Notes under the pieces: model-generated | Seen by the model: only the letters and a program-made list of their open reading frames with translations | Told to the model about the DNA's origin: nothing | The model's database searches: none | Assembly: GCA_011109175.1 (NCBI GenBank) | Contig: RDEW01000035.1 | Location: 263,564-327,563, forward strand | Reading direction: 5' to 3' | Origin: Dicyema japonicum | Lineage: Eukaryota > Animalia > Dicyemida | DNA length: 64,000 nucleotides | In this document: positions 49,130 through 62,365 of the stretch, one piece after another | Position numbering within the stretch: position 1 is the stretch's first letter | Layout of the letters: every line of letters starts with the position of its first letter | Made by a program: the position numbers and the translations under genes

Positions 49130-49870
49130 GATGGGAAATGTAGTATTCAGCTCTGTCGCTAGGGTTTTCAGAGTTCATTCACCAATATTTTCATATTTCG
49201 CGAATTTAGCTTTCCATTTTCGGTCGTATTTTCCTGACATATTTCTTGAAGAGAAGTCACAGAGAGGTTTCCCGTCAATACAGAGCTCGGCAATAACACA
49301 AACAAACTATAAATGTTTATAGAATGCCCCTTTTCTTCATGGTTTTTAAAAAAAACTCAAAGATGTCGACATCATCCGACTAATAGAATCTCTCAGGGGC
49401 CGTATGTAACATCTTTCCGTTATAAATGTCGAATAGAAAGATGTAGTAGGAAAAATTGGTCTCCGACAGGTACACAGTCGTGTAGCTATCAAAATCAATG
49501 ATAAACACGAAATTCCAGCCGGTGAACATGTTCTCTGGTTTAAATCACCATGGTAAATCTAATTATTACATAATAGTCTCTGTTATGCCTGCATAAATTC
49601 CAAGCACACAATAGCTGGAAAATAATCGAGTTTTTCAATCCACAAAGCGTTGGATTTGAGTACATTATGTCGAATAGACTGATGTACATGAAAGGCCGCA
49701 TGAGAACAGCCATTCTTTCTTTTATTATAGTCTCCAGTCAAAATTTGGATTACTTAGTATGGAGGACAGTTCATGGAAGACAAGAGAGCCCAATCGATGA
49801 AATTGTTGTTTTAGTGGGCTTTTCTTATTGTTTGAAATTTCGGGATTAAATGAAGTGAATTTTGCAACAT
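49130..49870 (-). pseudogene. VPS15: VPS15/PIK3R4-like kinase domain pseudogene
   Basis: With frameshift correction: RPFMYISLFD..FQLLCA..IYHGDLKPENM.TGWNFVFIIDFDSY..YLSETN..FD..APERF..IYSL.CVIAEL.IDGKPL.DFS; the T.WN.V..DF.S..YL.E.N signature is typical of VPS15. Confidence 0.75.
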
Positions 49871-49951
49871 AAAATTCTCATTCGAATTTAATTTTTGCAG
49901 TTTTAAAGAAAATTGTACTTCCCAAAGGCTTGAATAATGTAAAGTAAAATA

Positions 49952-50885
49952 CAGTAAAACCTCTCGAATCCGCCAAATTTGGGACCTGGAAATTACGGCG
50001 GATTCGAGAGGCAAATTTGAATTTTTTATAAATTATTAAAATGCATTTTTCCTAAATTTAAAGACTAATTATAAAATGAAAACATTAATTTTTTTTAAAT
50101 AAAAAATAATAATAATCAGTTATTCTTGTTTTAATGTTCGCTTTGATGTTTCTACTAACATCATCGAGGACATTGAAGACATTTAAGTTAACCTCATCCT
50201 TCTGTTTAAAGTACTTCTTCAATGTATAGACAGGATTCATTGCATCATAGTCTAAAACGACTTGTTATATTCTTTTGTTTTCCATCATTAATGCATTCTT
50301 TGTCTTCATCATTTTCATCCAAATTTTCCAGGATCTCTTCATTCTCTGTATACTCATAGAGAAGAAACTCATCTTCTGAATTGAATCATTTATTTGCAGC
50401 CTTGACACGAATTCTTGATAAGTTTCAGGCGGAAACTCGTCATTAATTTTTCAATAAAATCTTCGGTCCATTTAGCATGTCGAAAACAGTTTATAATTGT
50501 TGTATTATTCAGCTTTTTCCATGCTTGATAGGTATAAATTATAGGCTTTTTTCTTTACATGCTTCGGTTGATGATTTTCTGAGTTCAATTTTTTTCAGTT
50601 TTTTTATAATTGAAATTTATTAAAAAAGGACAAAACATCAGTTAGCTGCCGCCCTCACTGCGTGGCTGTTCCCTCTCAGAATTGCGAGCAAATTCGCTTA
50701 AAAGCCAGCGGAGATCTCCAGTGCATGAGGTGATCGGTTTCCAAGAATTAAAAATTAAAAATAATAAGAAAATGAAAAAATTATTTTTAAAAATGCGGCA
50801 GATTCGAGAATTTCTCATAAGGAATTTTGTATTTTTGAAAAAATGTGGCGTATTCAAGAGGTGGCGGATTCGAGGGGTTTTACTG
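49952..50885 (-). mobile_element. Internally deleted Tigger/pogo element
   Basis: 24-bp TIRs CAGTAAAACCYCTCGAATCCGCCA at both ends, TA TSD, remnant AWKKLNNTTIINCFRHA. Confidence 0.9.
50618..50745 (-). mobile_element. CRE-like 3' end nested in the Tigger element
   Basis: TGDLRW..AILRGN with the same 3' terminus as 13470-13660. Confidence 0.75.
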
Positions 50886-50959
50886 TATTTGGCAATATTC
50901 TCAAGGTTTCTGATCTTTGATTTGTGCGTAGGCTTGGACTGTCTCCCATTTATTTAAAA

Positions 50960-51760
50960 CCAAGAATCACCGGGAATGGGTAGCCGTCAGGTGATCTCGG
51001 TTTCCTTTAGCAGTCTTCTCATCCTTTCTCCGAGTTCCTCCCGGGAGCCTACGCACTTCATGTATGAATGAGACACTTTTCGGAATTTTGGAGATTTCAA
51101 TTGGTCTCCCGTTCTCCTCACAAGTTCCTCAAACGAAGTTGGGATTAATGACGAGGAGAACCTTTATAGGGCCCTCGTGGCTGTTTCTTGGAAGACATTG
51201 ATCTTCTTTAGATTCGTATTGGTTTGTTCCCCATGCCGCACAGCAGTAGCTGATTGTCAGTTGAATGTATAGAGTTTAAAAGTGGCTTGTTGTGTAGAAG
51301 CAGCCTTTGTAGTATCCGAGTAGTGTTTTTACAAAATTTAGTTTTCGTTGGAAGAAATGACGTTGCTGGCATGTTTTTGAAAGTCATAAGGAAGTCTAAT
51401 ATGATCCCCAGTATTTTGATAGAGTTGGCGGAGGGGATTGACATTTCATTAAGTGTACAAAAATAATGCTGAGTTTTTTAGTCTTCTGTTTGAAGTAAAA
51501 AATCATTGTGTTAGAGTTTTCAGGAGTGTGTGTAATAAGTTCTTCATAATCCAACAGCTCAGATTGTCCAGTAAATTTTGTAAGCGAGTACCCGCTATGT
51601 GAATATACTGGTCTCTTGTTGCCAAGATTACTTCGTCAGCATAAGCGAGGACCAGAGTTTCGTTGCTGCTATGGAAAGTCAAATCGCTCATAAAGAGGTT
51701 GAAAAGACTGGGTGACAGTCGGGATCCATGTAGTACCCCATTTTGTAAAAATTTATTAAC
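50960..51760 (-). mobile_element. APE-type LINE RT C-terminal half
   Basis: QNGVLHGSRLSPSLFNLF, VLAYADEVIL, IKILGIILD and a C-terminus like the 37.3 kb copy. Confidence 0.8.
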
Positions 51761-52229
51761 AGCAAATATGTACTATGGAATTACTGTAACCACATACAAA
51801 TTTAATTGCTACTGATTTCTCTCCAACTCGGAGGAATGCTTGTTAGAAAGAAAAGGGATCAACGAAAAGGATTATGACTAAGACAAAAGATTGGAATGGC
51901 TATACACTGATGGAATTCGTTCGCAATCCACGCAGCAAGCTTCCTTAACTGACATTTTTTTAATTGTTAAAAAAATATTTAAAAAATTACTATTATAACT
52001 TTAAAGTTAGTTAGGTTAAAAAATAAAATTTAAATATTCAATTTTAAAAACATTAAAATTTTGGTACTTATTAAAAAGGTGGTATTCTTCGAGTAATCGA
52101 ACAATATATTGTGAGTAATTGGTAGTGGGAACAAACGGGGGACCACAGACGTTGGATGACTCGACTAATTGCGAGAATTGGTATTGCCTAACTGTTTAAC
52201 CTTTCTCTATTTTCTTTATCAGTGATCCC

Positions 52230-52905
52230 GGGGTTCTAAATATATAAATACATTATTTGGGATTCACTGTATGAAAAACAGTTATTTAAAAAATTTATGT
52301 AGTTCAATAATTTGAAGTTTATGTATAGTTCTTCGAAGTTCTGTAATTAAAGGGACATGATAATTTAACAAATAGCTTTTTATATAACTATTCCCTAATT
52401 TTGTGAAGTGAAATATCGGCATTTAAAAATGCTTTAACCAAAAGATATCTATTTTTCTTCGTTATCTTAAGTAAGATAAAGTTGAGTGGTCTCTATTCTT
52501 TTAGCATTTAGTCTGACGTCTTTTTTCATTAAGAGGTAGAGCGGTGTAGTATTGTTAGATGATTTTACTATCTTACAACATTTTGGCAAAATAAATCTCC
52601 TTTACATGTTATTGTAAATATGTATTAGTTTTTAGAAATTGCTTTTGAAATTCGTTACTTATTTTGTCCTGATTTCTAGTACTTTTAATTATTGACAAAA
52701 TGCAAACCTGTCATTAAATGAAGACTGCTAGTACCCAACAAAAAACAATTTATAATTTTTAATTTAAAAAGAAATGAAAAAATACTTACAAAATTAAAAA
52801 AAATCAAAATAATTCTGTCCTATTTTAGGACAATTTTACCTTTGAAATAGGACAAATAGGACAATGTCCTAATTTTTTGTCCTAAATAAAACAATTTCCG
52901 CCCTA
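52230..52905 (-). mobile_element. CGGBP1-type hAT, 5' end and transposase N-terminus
   Basis: Terminus ATTTCCGCCCTA (TAGGGCGG on minus); AGGACA/TGTCCT subterminal repeats; DLFCQ..CKIV and VKAFLNADISLHKIR. Confidence 0.7.
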
Positions 52906-53111
52906 ATAATTATTTTTAATTTTTTACTCTTTTAAATTAATTATACCAAAAAATGTAAATAAATTTATTCAAATTTGTAATTGGCTGGCGGCACACCGTT
53001 TGACAATTTCTGGCCTAACTGCATCCAAAAGAAATCTCTCTACTAAATGAAGGGCTTCTCACAATGGTGGATATGGATGGACTACGACCACTTCGACTGA
53101 AGTAAATTTAA

Positions 53112-53430
53112 ATTTATTAACTCGGATACACCGAGAAAGAAGTTAAAGTAAACAACTAATTAAGTGCATCCAGTTTCCACACAGAAACAGAGTTCATCCG
53201 GAATAAGCATAAAGAGTAAAAGAAGTTCATAGTTGCAGTTGTGTAAACCCCTCCAATGGAGTGGGGGAGATCAAATGATCCTTTTTCGTGCCAGCCAGGC
53301 ACTGGGCGCCACCTAGACAGGTAGATCACATGACGCCAGTCTAATAGGAAGAGAGAGGAAGAACAGACAAACAATCAGAAAACTTCAACCAATTAACCAC
53401 ACAGCACCACATGACACCACGCGGCTAATA
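53112..53430 (-). mobile_element. SINE family 2, apparently full length
   Basis: Minus strand reads head AGCCGCGTGGTGTCATGTGG, core module, then tail TTCTTTCTCGGTGTATCCGAGTTAATAA. Confidence 0.65.
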
Positions 53431-53584
53431 TTTAATTCTTTAACTGAAGGAACTAGATGCACCTTAATTAAAAGCTAATTAACCTCTATCCAGTGTATAC
53501 AGGTTTATTAAATAAAATAGAAAATAATTATAGATACTATGATTAGAGATAATTTTCAAAATTAGTAGAAACATTAATTAATAC

Positions 53585-55350
53585 ATGCGTATGTGGTTCG
53601 CCGTTTTTGCAGGCGCAAGTTGTGGATTCAACTTCACAATCAAAAAGGACCCACTACCCTTTCCAATCCAAGAAGAGTATCTTTCCTGGTCTGCCTTACC
53701 AATCTTGGTCGAAGCTTTGCTGATGCTCTCAGGGGAGATAAACCAAAATCCCGGTCAACCAAAACCCATCGTCCTCTTAGAACTAAACATTAACGCAATA
53801 AGAAGGAAAGTTCTGGAGCTCAGAGACCTTCTAAAAAACAGGACACAGACATTTGCCTACTTCAAGAAACAAGATTGTCTTTCTCCACTTGCTCCCCAGT
53901 CTTCCCAGGCTACAACATTATTCGGTGTGACCGCCCTTCTGATCGCGGAGGTGGAGTAATCACACTTATCAAGAAGGAAATCTCTTTCACGGAGAGGGCA
54001 CACCTCTACTTCCCCATCCCGTTGAATACATCACAATTTCAACCAACATTGGATGCCTCAGTGAATTGAACCTTTATGTACCTCCTCTCGGTTCGTGCCA
54101 CAGCTTTTCACTTCCAGACATCGTCCAACCCGATAACCTATTAGTGTGTGGAGACCTGAACGCGAAACATCCGATGTGGTTCAAAAACCAACCGAAAGAT
54201 GCCAGAGGAATCCACTTGCTATTGACGCTGAATAAACTTGTGATATTAAAGAACCTATATTCAACACAAGAACCCCTCACAGATCAAACGACAGAACGTC
54301 CTACCCCGACCTGACGCTTGCTTCCCAAAAATCGCCGCCTTAATCAATTGGTCAGTATCATACGACACTACCAGTGACCATAACCCCATCATCACGTTCA
54401 AATGAAGATTGTCCATTGAAAGGAAAACAATGTTACGGCCAGACTACAAAAATGTCAACTGGAGTTTGTTCTCACACTACGTCGATTATAACTTGTATGG
54501 TTTTGACCCTAACAACTTCAACTCTCTCGATAATGCTTTAATACACTTCAATGGTGTATTGCGTGAGAGCATGAGGACTTTTATCAAAAGAAAGCCAAAT
54601 CTATCTCACGAAGAAGCCTTCTTGCACATCCGACTCGATTAAAAGAAATTGCCTAAAAAGCCTACAGAAACAATCTTAGGAAACCAGGACGAGGATCCGA
54701 GCCTTGGAGAGATCAGATACAAGGCTAAGATGAAACAGGAAAGAGACTGGAATAACCTTATGTAAACCATTAAACAAACAGTCCTCCCTCACGAAGATGT
54801 GGAACAATCTTCGGGCTTTACCAAGTCATTGAGACCGCCTCCTTGCGAAGACCTGGAAACAAGATTTAAAAGTTTACTTTTCCGTGAGCTTTATCCCACA
54901 TCAGAAAATTGAGGTTCCTCCCATCCTCAATAAAACCAAAACGCGAGGCAATCTCGAACAGCCTTTCAATGGACGTCTGTGGAAAGATATTCAAAACCAG
55001 AAATCGTCTTACCCAAGTGGTCCAGATGGAATAACTCTATTGTACTTAAGAAGATTGGCCCCTACACATCTTGGCCTTGACCAGAATTTACAACCTCTCC
55101 ATCAGTAGGAACTCGATCTACTCTATGGAAATTATCTCATATTAGGCCCATCTTAAAACCTGGACGGCCGAAGGACTCACAGACCAATATCCCACATTTG
55201 TGCCACATCCAAAATCGTGGAAAAACTCACTCTCGGTCAGATTAAACCTCACCTCCCAGACGTATCATTCAAGCATGGTTTTAAGAAAGCTCGTTCCACA
55301 ACTACCCACCTTACTTGCTTGACAAAATTCATCAAGGAAGGCCTTCAACT
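53585..55350 (+). mobile_element. I/Ingi-like LINE: short N-terminal peptide, 2A-like motif, APE, RT start
   Basis: LLMLSGEINQNPGQ then LELNINAIRRK; PGYNIIRCDRPSDRGGGV; VCGDLNAKHPMW; SDH; SGPDGI; HGFKKARSTT. Confidence 0.9.
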
Positions 55351-55599
55351 TACGGGGGACGACTAGATGGTTTTTTACACAAACATGACATCAAAAGACC
55401 ATTATGTGTTCCATTGACATTTTTGGTTGAACTGGTGACGTGTTCTTAAATTATGTCTTTATCACACATGTCGAATAATCTGTTCACATAATGTATTTTA
55501 GAAATAATAGACAATAAATTAATTAGTATCAAATATCATTGAAATTTACATGATAAATTTAATTTTTTTATTAAAAAAAGAAAAGAGAGTAAACGGTTA

Positions 55600-56015
55600 T
55601 ATAGCGGCTGCCCTGACTGCGTGGTTATTCCCTCTCAGGATAGCGAGCGAGATTCGCTCAAATAACCAGCAGCGCTCACGAGTGTCTCCTGTTCATGTCT
55701 CCTCTAGATTGACTAAAGAATGACTCAAGCATCCAGCGTCGCAAGTGCAAGGGAACCAGACGTCTCAACGGCGAGAACAAAAAATCTTGGTAGGACCGCG
55801 ACTTTTCCCGTTTCAATCTATCTCGGCCTTCTCAGCGGAAAAAACAGGCTGCAGAAGCAACATGGATTAGGTTGCAGAGGCAAATGTGTCGGTGCAGGTA
55901 ACGTCCCAGACAAGAGGTTTCTCAACTTCAAAGGGAGGATGTCATCCCATCTGGTCGTTTCCCGCCTGCAAAGACCGACAGGTTGAGCATGGAGGGGTGT
56001 CCGGCGGCGTCAAAG
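55600..56015 (-). mobile_element. CRE-like RLE fragment
   Basis: GKRPDGMT..PLVWDVTCTDTF..ETSG..GDTRERCWLFERISLAILRGN; sibling of the 2.9 kb copy. Confidence 0.85.
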
Positions 56016-56179
56016 CTCGTAATTTCAATACTTACAAATTAATAATATTTCAATACACAATAAATTTTTTTTTTTTCACCAAAAAAAATACACAATAAAT
56101 TGTAATTTCAATACAAAATTAATTATCTACTTTTTAATTTTTTCATTAAACCAAATCAGAGAATTACACTAGGGCGATT

Positions 56180-56372
56180 TACACTATCTGAAACACTTGA
56201 CAGAGATCTAAAGCTCGTGAACAAACGTCAAAGAAGTGGGGACGAGTTGAGGAAACTTTTTTACGATCGAGGAAGTTGGAAGAAGTTGGTTCGGAGGATT
56301 GTTTTGAATGCTGCACAAGTGAAATTATAACTATTATGATTTTACGAATGTTGCTTATAATAATAATAACCA
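56180..56372 (+). mobile_element. RTE 3' end
   Basis: Close match to 47075-47246; (TAA)n tail. Confidence 0.8.
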
Positions 56373-56799
56373 TCAGAGAAATTCTATAACATTGCAATAA
56401 AATAGAATTAAATTCAATTAAAGATAATAAAATCCTGAGAATATAGAAATTTTCCTTCACATAAAAAAAGGAGAATATTACAAGCGTCTATGGTTTCTAT
56501 TGATTATTTAAACGCTATTCTGCTTTTTTGTACCAAAAAGAGCCAAAATGTTTGGAATTGAGTGGTTTTTGACGTTTTTCATGCTTGAGAATCGTTCAGC
56601 ATCATTATCAGTGATTAAGCGAGTCATCGAGCAGAGATGTCGATGTTAAGTCTTATAATCACACATATTGAATATCATCCTGATTTCTGACAACATACTA
56701 AAATAACATTTTCGTAACTTCAAATCCTTAGAGATCAATCGTTAGGAAATCAACCCTACTGTCTCATCAAGACTGCGAATCGATATATTTCGCAGTCAT

Positions 56800-57620
56800 A
56801 ACAGCTATAATAGAGACTTCTTTAACGTAACCAATAGCTAACAGCAATGTGACAACTAAAGTCGTGCGCTCTGTTACGTATATCTGTTATGACGAGGAAA
56901 TCGAAGGCGAATCGGGACAAAACAAGATGGCCCAGTTTCCACTCCTCTAGAAAGCAGAAGAGGTACAGCAACAAGGTCAATCGTCGAATTATGTTCAAAT
57001 AGTCTTTTAAACCAGTGATAGAAACTTGATAGTGGACATGAACTTCCAACCATCGAAAAGCAGCTTTTTTTACCAGGGATTTGATGACATTAGTAGAAAC
57101 CCAGTCGTTGATCATTATGAGAGACGACTAGATGTCTCCATTAATTAAAAAGCTGAGTTATTTGTTTAACAACCCAAGGCCAAGGTAAAACCAATCTAAT
57201 TATACGTGGTCCTGATGCATTCTAAGGTGACTGACTGCCTTCCGAATTTTTTATCAGAGGTAAAAAGGCGTAAACGACTTCTCTGCATTCGCCATGAATT
57301 GGTTTTCCAGCATCCAGCATTAAGCTAATCCAAGTTAACTGCATCTTTTATGTGACCTTCTGGCGAAGCTAACACAAGATCATCCTCAAAGGAGAGTAAA
57401 AAATCATTATCATATTCTAGAGTCAGGATATCTACCAGAGAGAAGTCAAACAGAGCAGAAAATAAGGAAGATCCTTGAGGGACTCTGTTGGAGAAAAACG
57501 TGAGATGAAATCCGAGGCATAAACGTCCCCATCGTCCACTTAGAATTGAAGCAATCCAAGTAACAATTCTTCATTTTGTCTTCAGAGATTGTGCGATACA
57601 ATTTCCGGTTAGCATTTTGT
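56800..57620 (-). mobile_element. APE-type LINE RT fragment
   Basis: IVTWIASILSGR..RVPQGSSLFSALF..LLSFEDDLVL. Confidence 0.65.
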
Positions 57621-59496
57621 AATTGTAGCTGCTAGGAATTCATGAGATCTTTAAGGGTCGGACGCGACTTAATTCGATAACATACATAACATAGGAACTC
57701 TCATCAAGTTGACCTCTTTCTTGATCTTCACCACAATCGGATATACGTAGAAAGATGACCAATTAGTTTTGGATAACAGTGACAAGGAGCAGAATGTTAC
57801 GTTCTGTGAGGTAGGTGATCCGTCATTAGCAACGAAAGCTGGTAGTAATTTATTTTTATTTAACACCCAAGACCACGGTAAAACCAAAACTAACTATCAC
57901 GTGATCCCGATGCGCTCCGCCAAAATTCTCATTCTTTCCCGGTACTCCTCCTTCGTACTCACACAAGCTCGTACAGGGCTGCTGACTGTATTTGCAGGGC
58001 CACCTTCCCGCATGCCGGAGTAATGATAAGAACTTTTTTGAATTAAAAAAATAATCAAAATCTTATTAAAATAAAAAAATAATATGATTTAAAAATTTTT
58101 TATGTTGAAGATCTAAGCTTCTTAGAAAGGCCTTTTAAAATTAAGGAACGATGGACTTTTGAAAGTTCTAATCTCCAATGCCTCTGGTATCCTTTATAGG
58201 GAAGAACCGAGTATCGTCCTGTTGTGACTACAAAGATCCAGTTATATGGCTAATATGGGCTTGTGTGGGCTCGAAGGAGGAGCAACGGGCCAAGTTGAGA
58301 TATTTGTTAGAGCGTACTATGATCACATGATTGGTTAGTTTGAAGTTACCGTGATCTTTGGAATATTTTCGTTTCATTTTTCCGGTTTAAAATTCTGGTG
58401 TTAAATTGATCATTTTTCCAATAAAGAAAAACTTTTTTCAACAGGAATAATGTAGAAAGACACTTTATCAGAAACTTGTATATATGGAGAGAGAGAGAAA
58501 TAAATGCTTTTTCCGTTCTAAATAGAAATAACTTGATCGACAGAAAACCTAAATTCGCAATATTTCTCTAATCTTCACTGAAATGCATTTTTGAATGTCT
58601 TCTATGGTAAATAAGTCTTTTGTACGATCTTTGTTCAATTGTTTATCTCAACTTGTCTTGTTTTTCATCGTGGAACCACCATCGAAGGAAAAAGAAGATC
58701 AACGTCTTCCAAATATCTACTGATTTTAGACAACAGTTGTGAAGTTGTAGAACTCAAATTCTCATGAGATGAAGCTATTACAAAGATCATGGGTAAACCA
58801 AACTACCTGACTTTGAAGTGTTACAGTATACCCCTTATCCAAGTACAGTGATCCAGAGGATATTGTCTGGGAACCTGAAATTGAAACCAAAACTCGTCGA
58901 CTGTGAGCGAAAAGTATTTCTGTGGAATGAAAAGATTTAATGGTGGATCCGATCCTTAATTTATTCAATTGCCTTTTTGATTGAACGTGTCATCACAATT
59001 TATCATTTATTAATTTGAAAGCACAAGACCACCAAAAAAGAAAGGTTAAACACGCTAATTAGGCGATCCCAGAACTGGACTATTTCCCGAATTTATAGAA
59101 AGCGTGTTGGATCGCGGGAAGTACATCGAGAAATGTTGAGAAAATTACTAAGTGAACCTAGTGAATATGTTTCCTCCATAACTTAGCGAGATTTGTTGTT
59201 TTNCCTTCTTGATTGAACGTGTCATCACAATTTATCATTTATTAATTTGAAACTACAAGACCACCAAAAAAGAAAGGTTAAACACGCTAATTAGGCGGTC
59301 CCAGAACCGGACTATTTCACGAATTTTTAGAGAGCGTGTTGGATCGCGGGAAAAACATCGATAAATGTTGATAAGACTACTAAGAGAACCTATTGGACAT
59401 GTTTCCTTCATGACTTAGCGTGATTTTTTGTTTTTAAAATAAAAAAATAATTTTTGATTTATTAAAAGAAAGATTTAGATAATTAATTTTTTGCAG

Positions 59497-59935
59497 ACAG
59501 GATTGCGCATGCGTTTCCACGTAATACGACATTCCCGATTCATTGTCTTAGCAAGAACGATCGTGGAATTCTATTTTTTGGCCTGCTAATTTCTCTCTTA
59601 TTTCTTTCAGAAAGGCCGCAGTGAAAGATCCTACTCCAATAGCCGAGTACTTCTGGATTTTGACCATTTCTGCTGCGTTGGTAACAGATCCACGTTTATG
59701 AGCAGATCTCAGGAGTGAAGTGGAAAAGGTATCCACACAGGTTACATCCCAGACCAATGATTTTCCGTGTTAATATGCAAAAGCNATCCAGGTTTATGAG
59801 CAGATCTCAGGAATAAAGTGGATAAGGTAACCACATAGGTTACATCCCAGACCAATGATTTTTCGTCTTAATATACAAAAGCGTCATTCCGTCTGGACTC
59901 TTGCCATCTCCACGATCCAGTCCGACAGGCTCTTT
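59497..59935 (-). mobile_element. CRE-like RLE fragment spanning an N junction
   Basis: EPVGLDRGDGKSPDGMT..SLVWDVTCVDTF..AE..KIQKY..LRGN. Confidence 0.8.
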
Positions 59936-61149
59936 GATTTATATAATATTTTCTATTAAAAACTATATTTTTATAAGTTTAAACAATTTTAAAGAACACA
60001 TTGATTTTTGACCTTATTTACAATTTTTTTGGCTTTGGGTATGACTAGTGACATGTGTGTTCTGTCTGTGCGAAGCTACAAGTATAATGGTTTTCGCAAA
60101 AAGTATTGTTTTTTGAGAAAAATCGCCTTAGTTATGAAACGTACATAATTAGCAATGTGAACGGTTTAGGAAGTTTTTTGCGATATAAGAGTTATTTTCA
60201 GAGTTTTAGCACAATTCATCTCATAGAACGTCAAAACAGACCAACTTCCTCCCCCAATCAAAATTTATCAATCATTATTGCTTCATAAAACTTGTTTTTT
60301 ATAACCAACGCACGTAATTTTCAATGTCCTTTTAAAGACAGTAACCTGGAAGACGACATTTATAAAACAAAATATTTGCTCTGCTGTTTTTTTATCGACC
60401 TCCGATCTCAGTATGGGTCATCTCTACTAAGTACCCTTAGCTTGTATGACCATAATTTAAAACTAATTTGCGAGGTTCTATTTTTCATTTTAAAAGCTAA
60501 TATAAGTGTTCCGCGGCATATCGATTGACAATCTCTGATCTTGTCTAATTAGTGAGATAATTGACCTTGCATTTCCTTCACCAATAGTGAAATTGCAGAA
60601 GCTAACTGAAGGTAATCAACTTGTTGCATCGTCACACTGCAAGGCATCTTATTAGTTTTATTCGCAATTGTTTTTGCGAATAACATTTTATTTTTAGTTT
60701 GATTTAAAATCTGTTTTATTCGTAAAATTTTGGAATAGATTTTGTGACTATTTAGTTTGCAAGATTTAATGCATTAACCATCTGTGAATGGTTTTCCCAT
60801 TTTGCTATCTCATGACTGACGATGAAGTTTCCAATGTTAGTAGTCTTAGCAGACTGCCTCCAATAATTAAATGTTGAACTTTGAATTTTAATATTTTTGG
60901 AGTTTTTCGCAGCTAGTTTTCGTGCATCGCCATTTGGATATTTTTTTGAAAAATCATGTTTTCTCTCCAGATTTGACTTTTTCTTCTGGTTGAATGTTTC
61001 GTGGGAAAAGAGACATTTTGGAAAGTTATCTGAGCTTAATATGATGGCAAAAGTCCATTGAGGTTAAAAAACGTTTTCTATCCGTTTTTTACTAATTTTC
61101 TTATTCATAATAATAAATAATAGTGCAAATTTGCCACAACATTATAGTT

Positions 61150-62030
61150 AATCAATTAACGCCGCTTGTGCCGTACCCGGGATAATTTTTACTGTCAGAT
61201 GCCTCCACTTTCCTCTTGAGATTTTACGGAAGTCGTCTAAGTTTTGGTTTTATGGTTAAAGTGGTGACGTCCCTCTTTTTCACTGTCTTATACAAACTCT
61301 GGAGAACTCGTCTTAGTGACATTTAATGTGAGAAGAATTGTGACCTCAATGCAAAGACACAACTGAATGAAGACCTCACTCGTTATGAAGTTTCTGNTGT
61401 CAGATGCCTCCACTCTCCTCTTGAGATTTTACGGAGGTCGTCTAAGTTTTGGTTTTATGGTTGAAGTGGTGACGTCCCTCTTTTGCACTGTCTTATACAC
61501 ACCCTGGAGAACTCGTCCTAGTGACATTCAATGTTAGAGGAATTGCGACCTCAATGCAAAGACACAACTGAATGAGGACATCACTCGTTATGAATATTCT
61601 GTAGCCTGCCTTCAGTTAACCAAAGTGAAAAGGAGACTTGATGAAGTCGTGGAAACACACAAAGTCATCTGCTAGAACCATTCAACTGAAGTTGTGCAAA
61701 ACTCTGACTACTGTTATCAACGCATATGCCTCGACTATGGGCTTAGCAATGAATTGTCCAGATGAAGTTGAAAACTTCTACACGTAACTCGCGATGACAA
61801 TGGACGATATTCTTGCTTCCCCCCTAGTTTTTCTTGCCGGTGACTTGAACGCAAAAGTTGGAACACGTAGCACGGACGAAAACTTCATTGGAAACCATAG
61901 TAGAAGGAAGAGAAATTCTAATGGTACTGCAGTCGAGGATTCTGCTGTGCATTTGACCTCTTTCTATGCAACACAGCGTTCAAACACCCCTCAAAATACA
62001 TGAAGACATAGGTCTGACAGAGAAATATCA
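61150..62030 (+). mobile_element. RTE-clade LINE 5' region with APE domain
   Basis: VINAYAST..EVENFY..VFLAGDLNAKVG..IGNHSRRKRNSNG..LFLCNTAFKHP. Confidence 0.85.
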
Positions 62031-62139
62031 GAGTGGTGCCGATTTACAATTAAATTAATTATTTCTTGTGTAAGTGTGAATTTATATTCACAGACATAAT
62101 TGAAGAGCCACAAATTAAGCCACGCAATTTATGATTTAT

Positions 62140-62365
62140 TTATGTTAATAACCCCGGCAACACCGAGAAAGAAGAACAAAAAAGTCAGACAGTTAGGTGA
62201 TCCCAGTCCTCGCAATCAATTGTGCCATTAGAGTCTGTGATCTTCCATCGTCCCCACTACTTTCCGGAAGAGCCTTCTCTCGGTCTTTCAGAAGAATTCG
62301 ATCGGGGAGAGGAATTTCCTATCCAATCGGTATTCTCTTGCCATGGAAATGAACAGGCGAAATAG
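62140..62365 (-). mobile_element. LINE 3' end sharing its tail with SINE family 2
   Basis: AREYRL..SPIEFF..FRKVVGTMEDH followed by TTCTTTCTCGGTGTTGCCGGGGTTATTAA. Confidence 0.6.

Noticed and set aside
53260-53282. GGGGAGATCAAATGATCC resembling U1 snRNA stem-loop I
   Set aside because: No 5' ACTTACCTG, no U1-70K loop and no Sm site; it is part of the SINE core.
60300-61100. Possible pogo-like HTH or other transposase remnant
   Set aside because: Only a vague helix-turn-helix-like stretch; no catalytic motif or TIR found.
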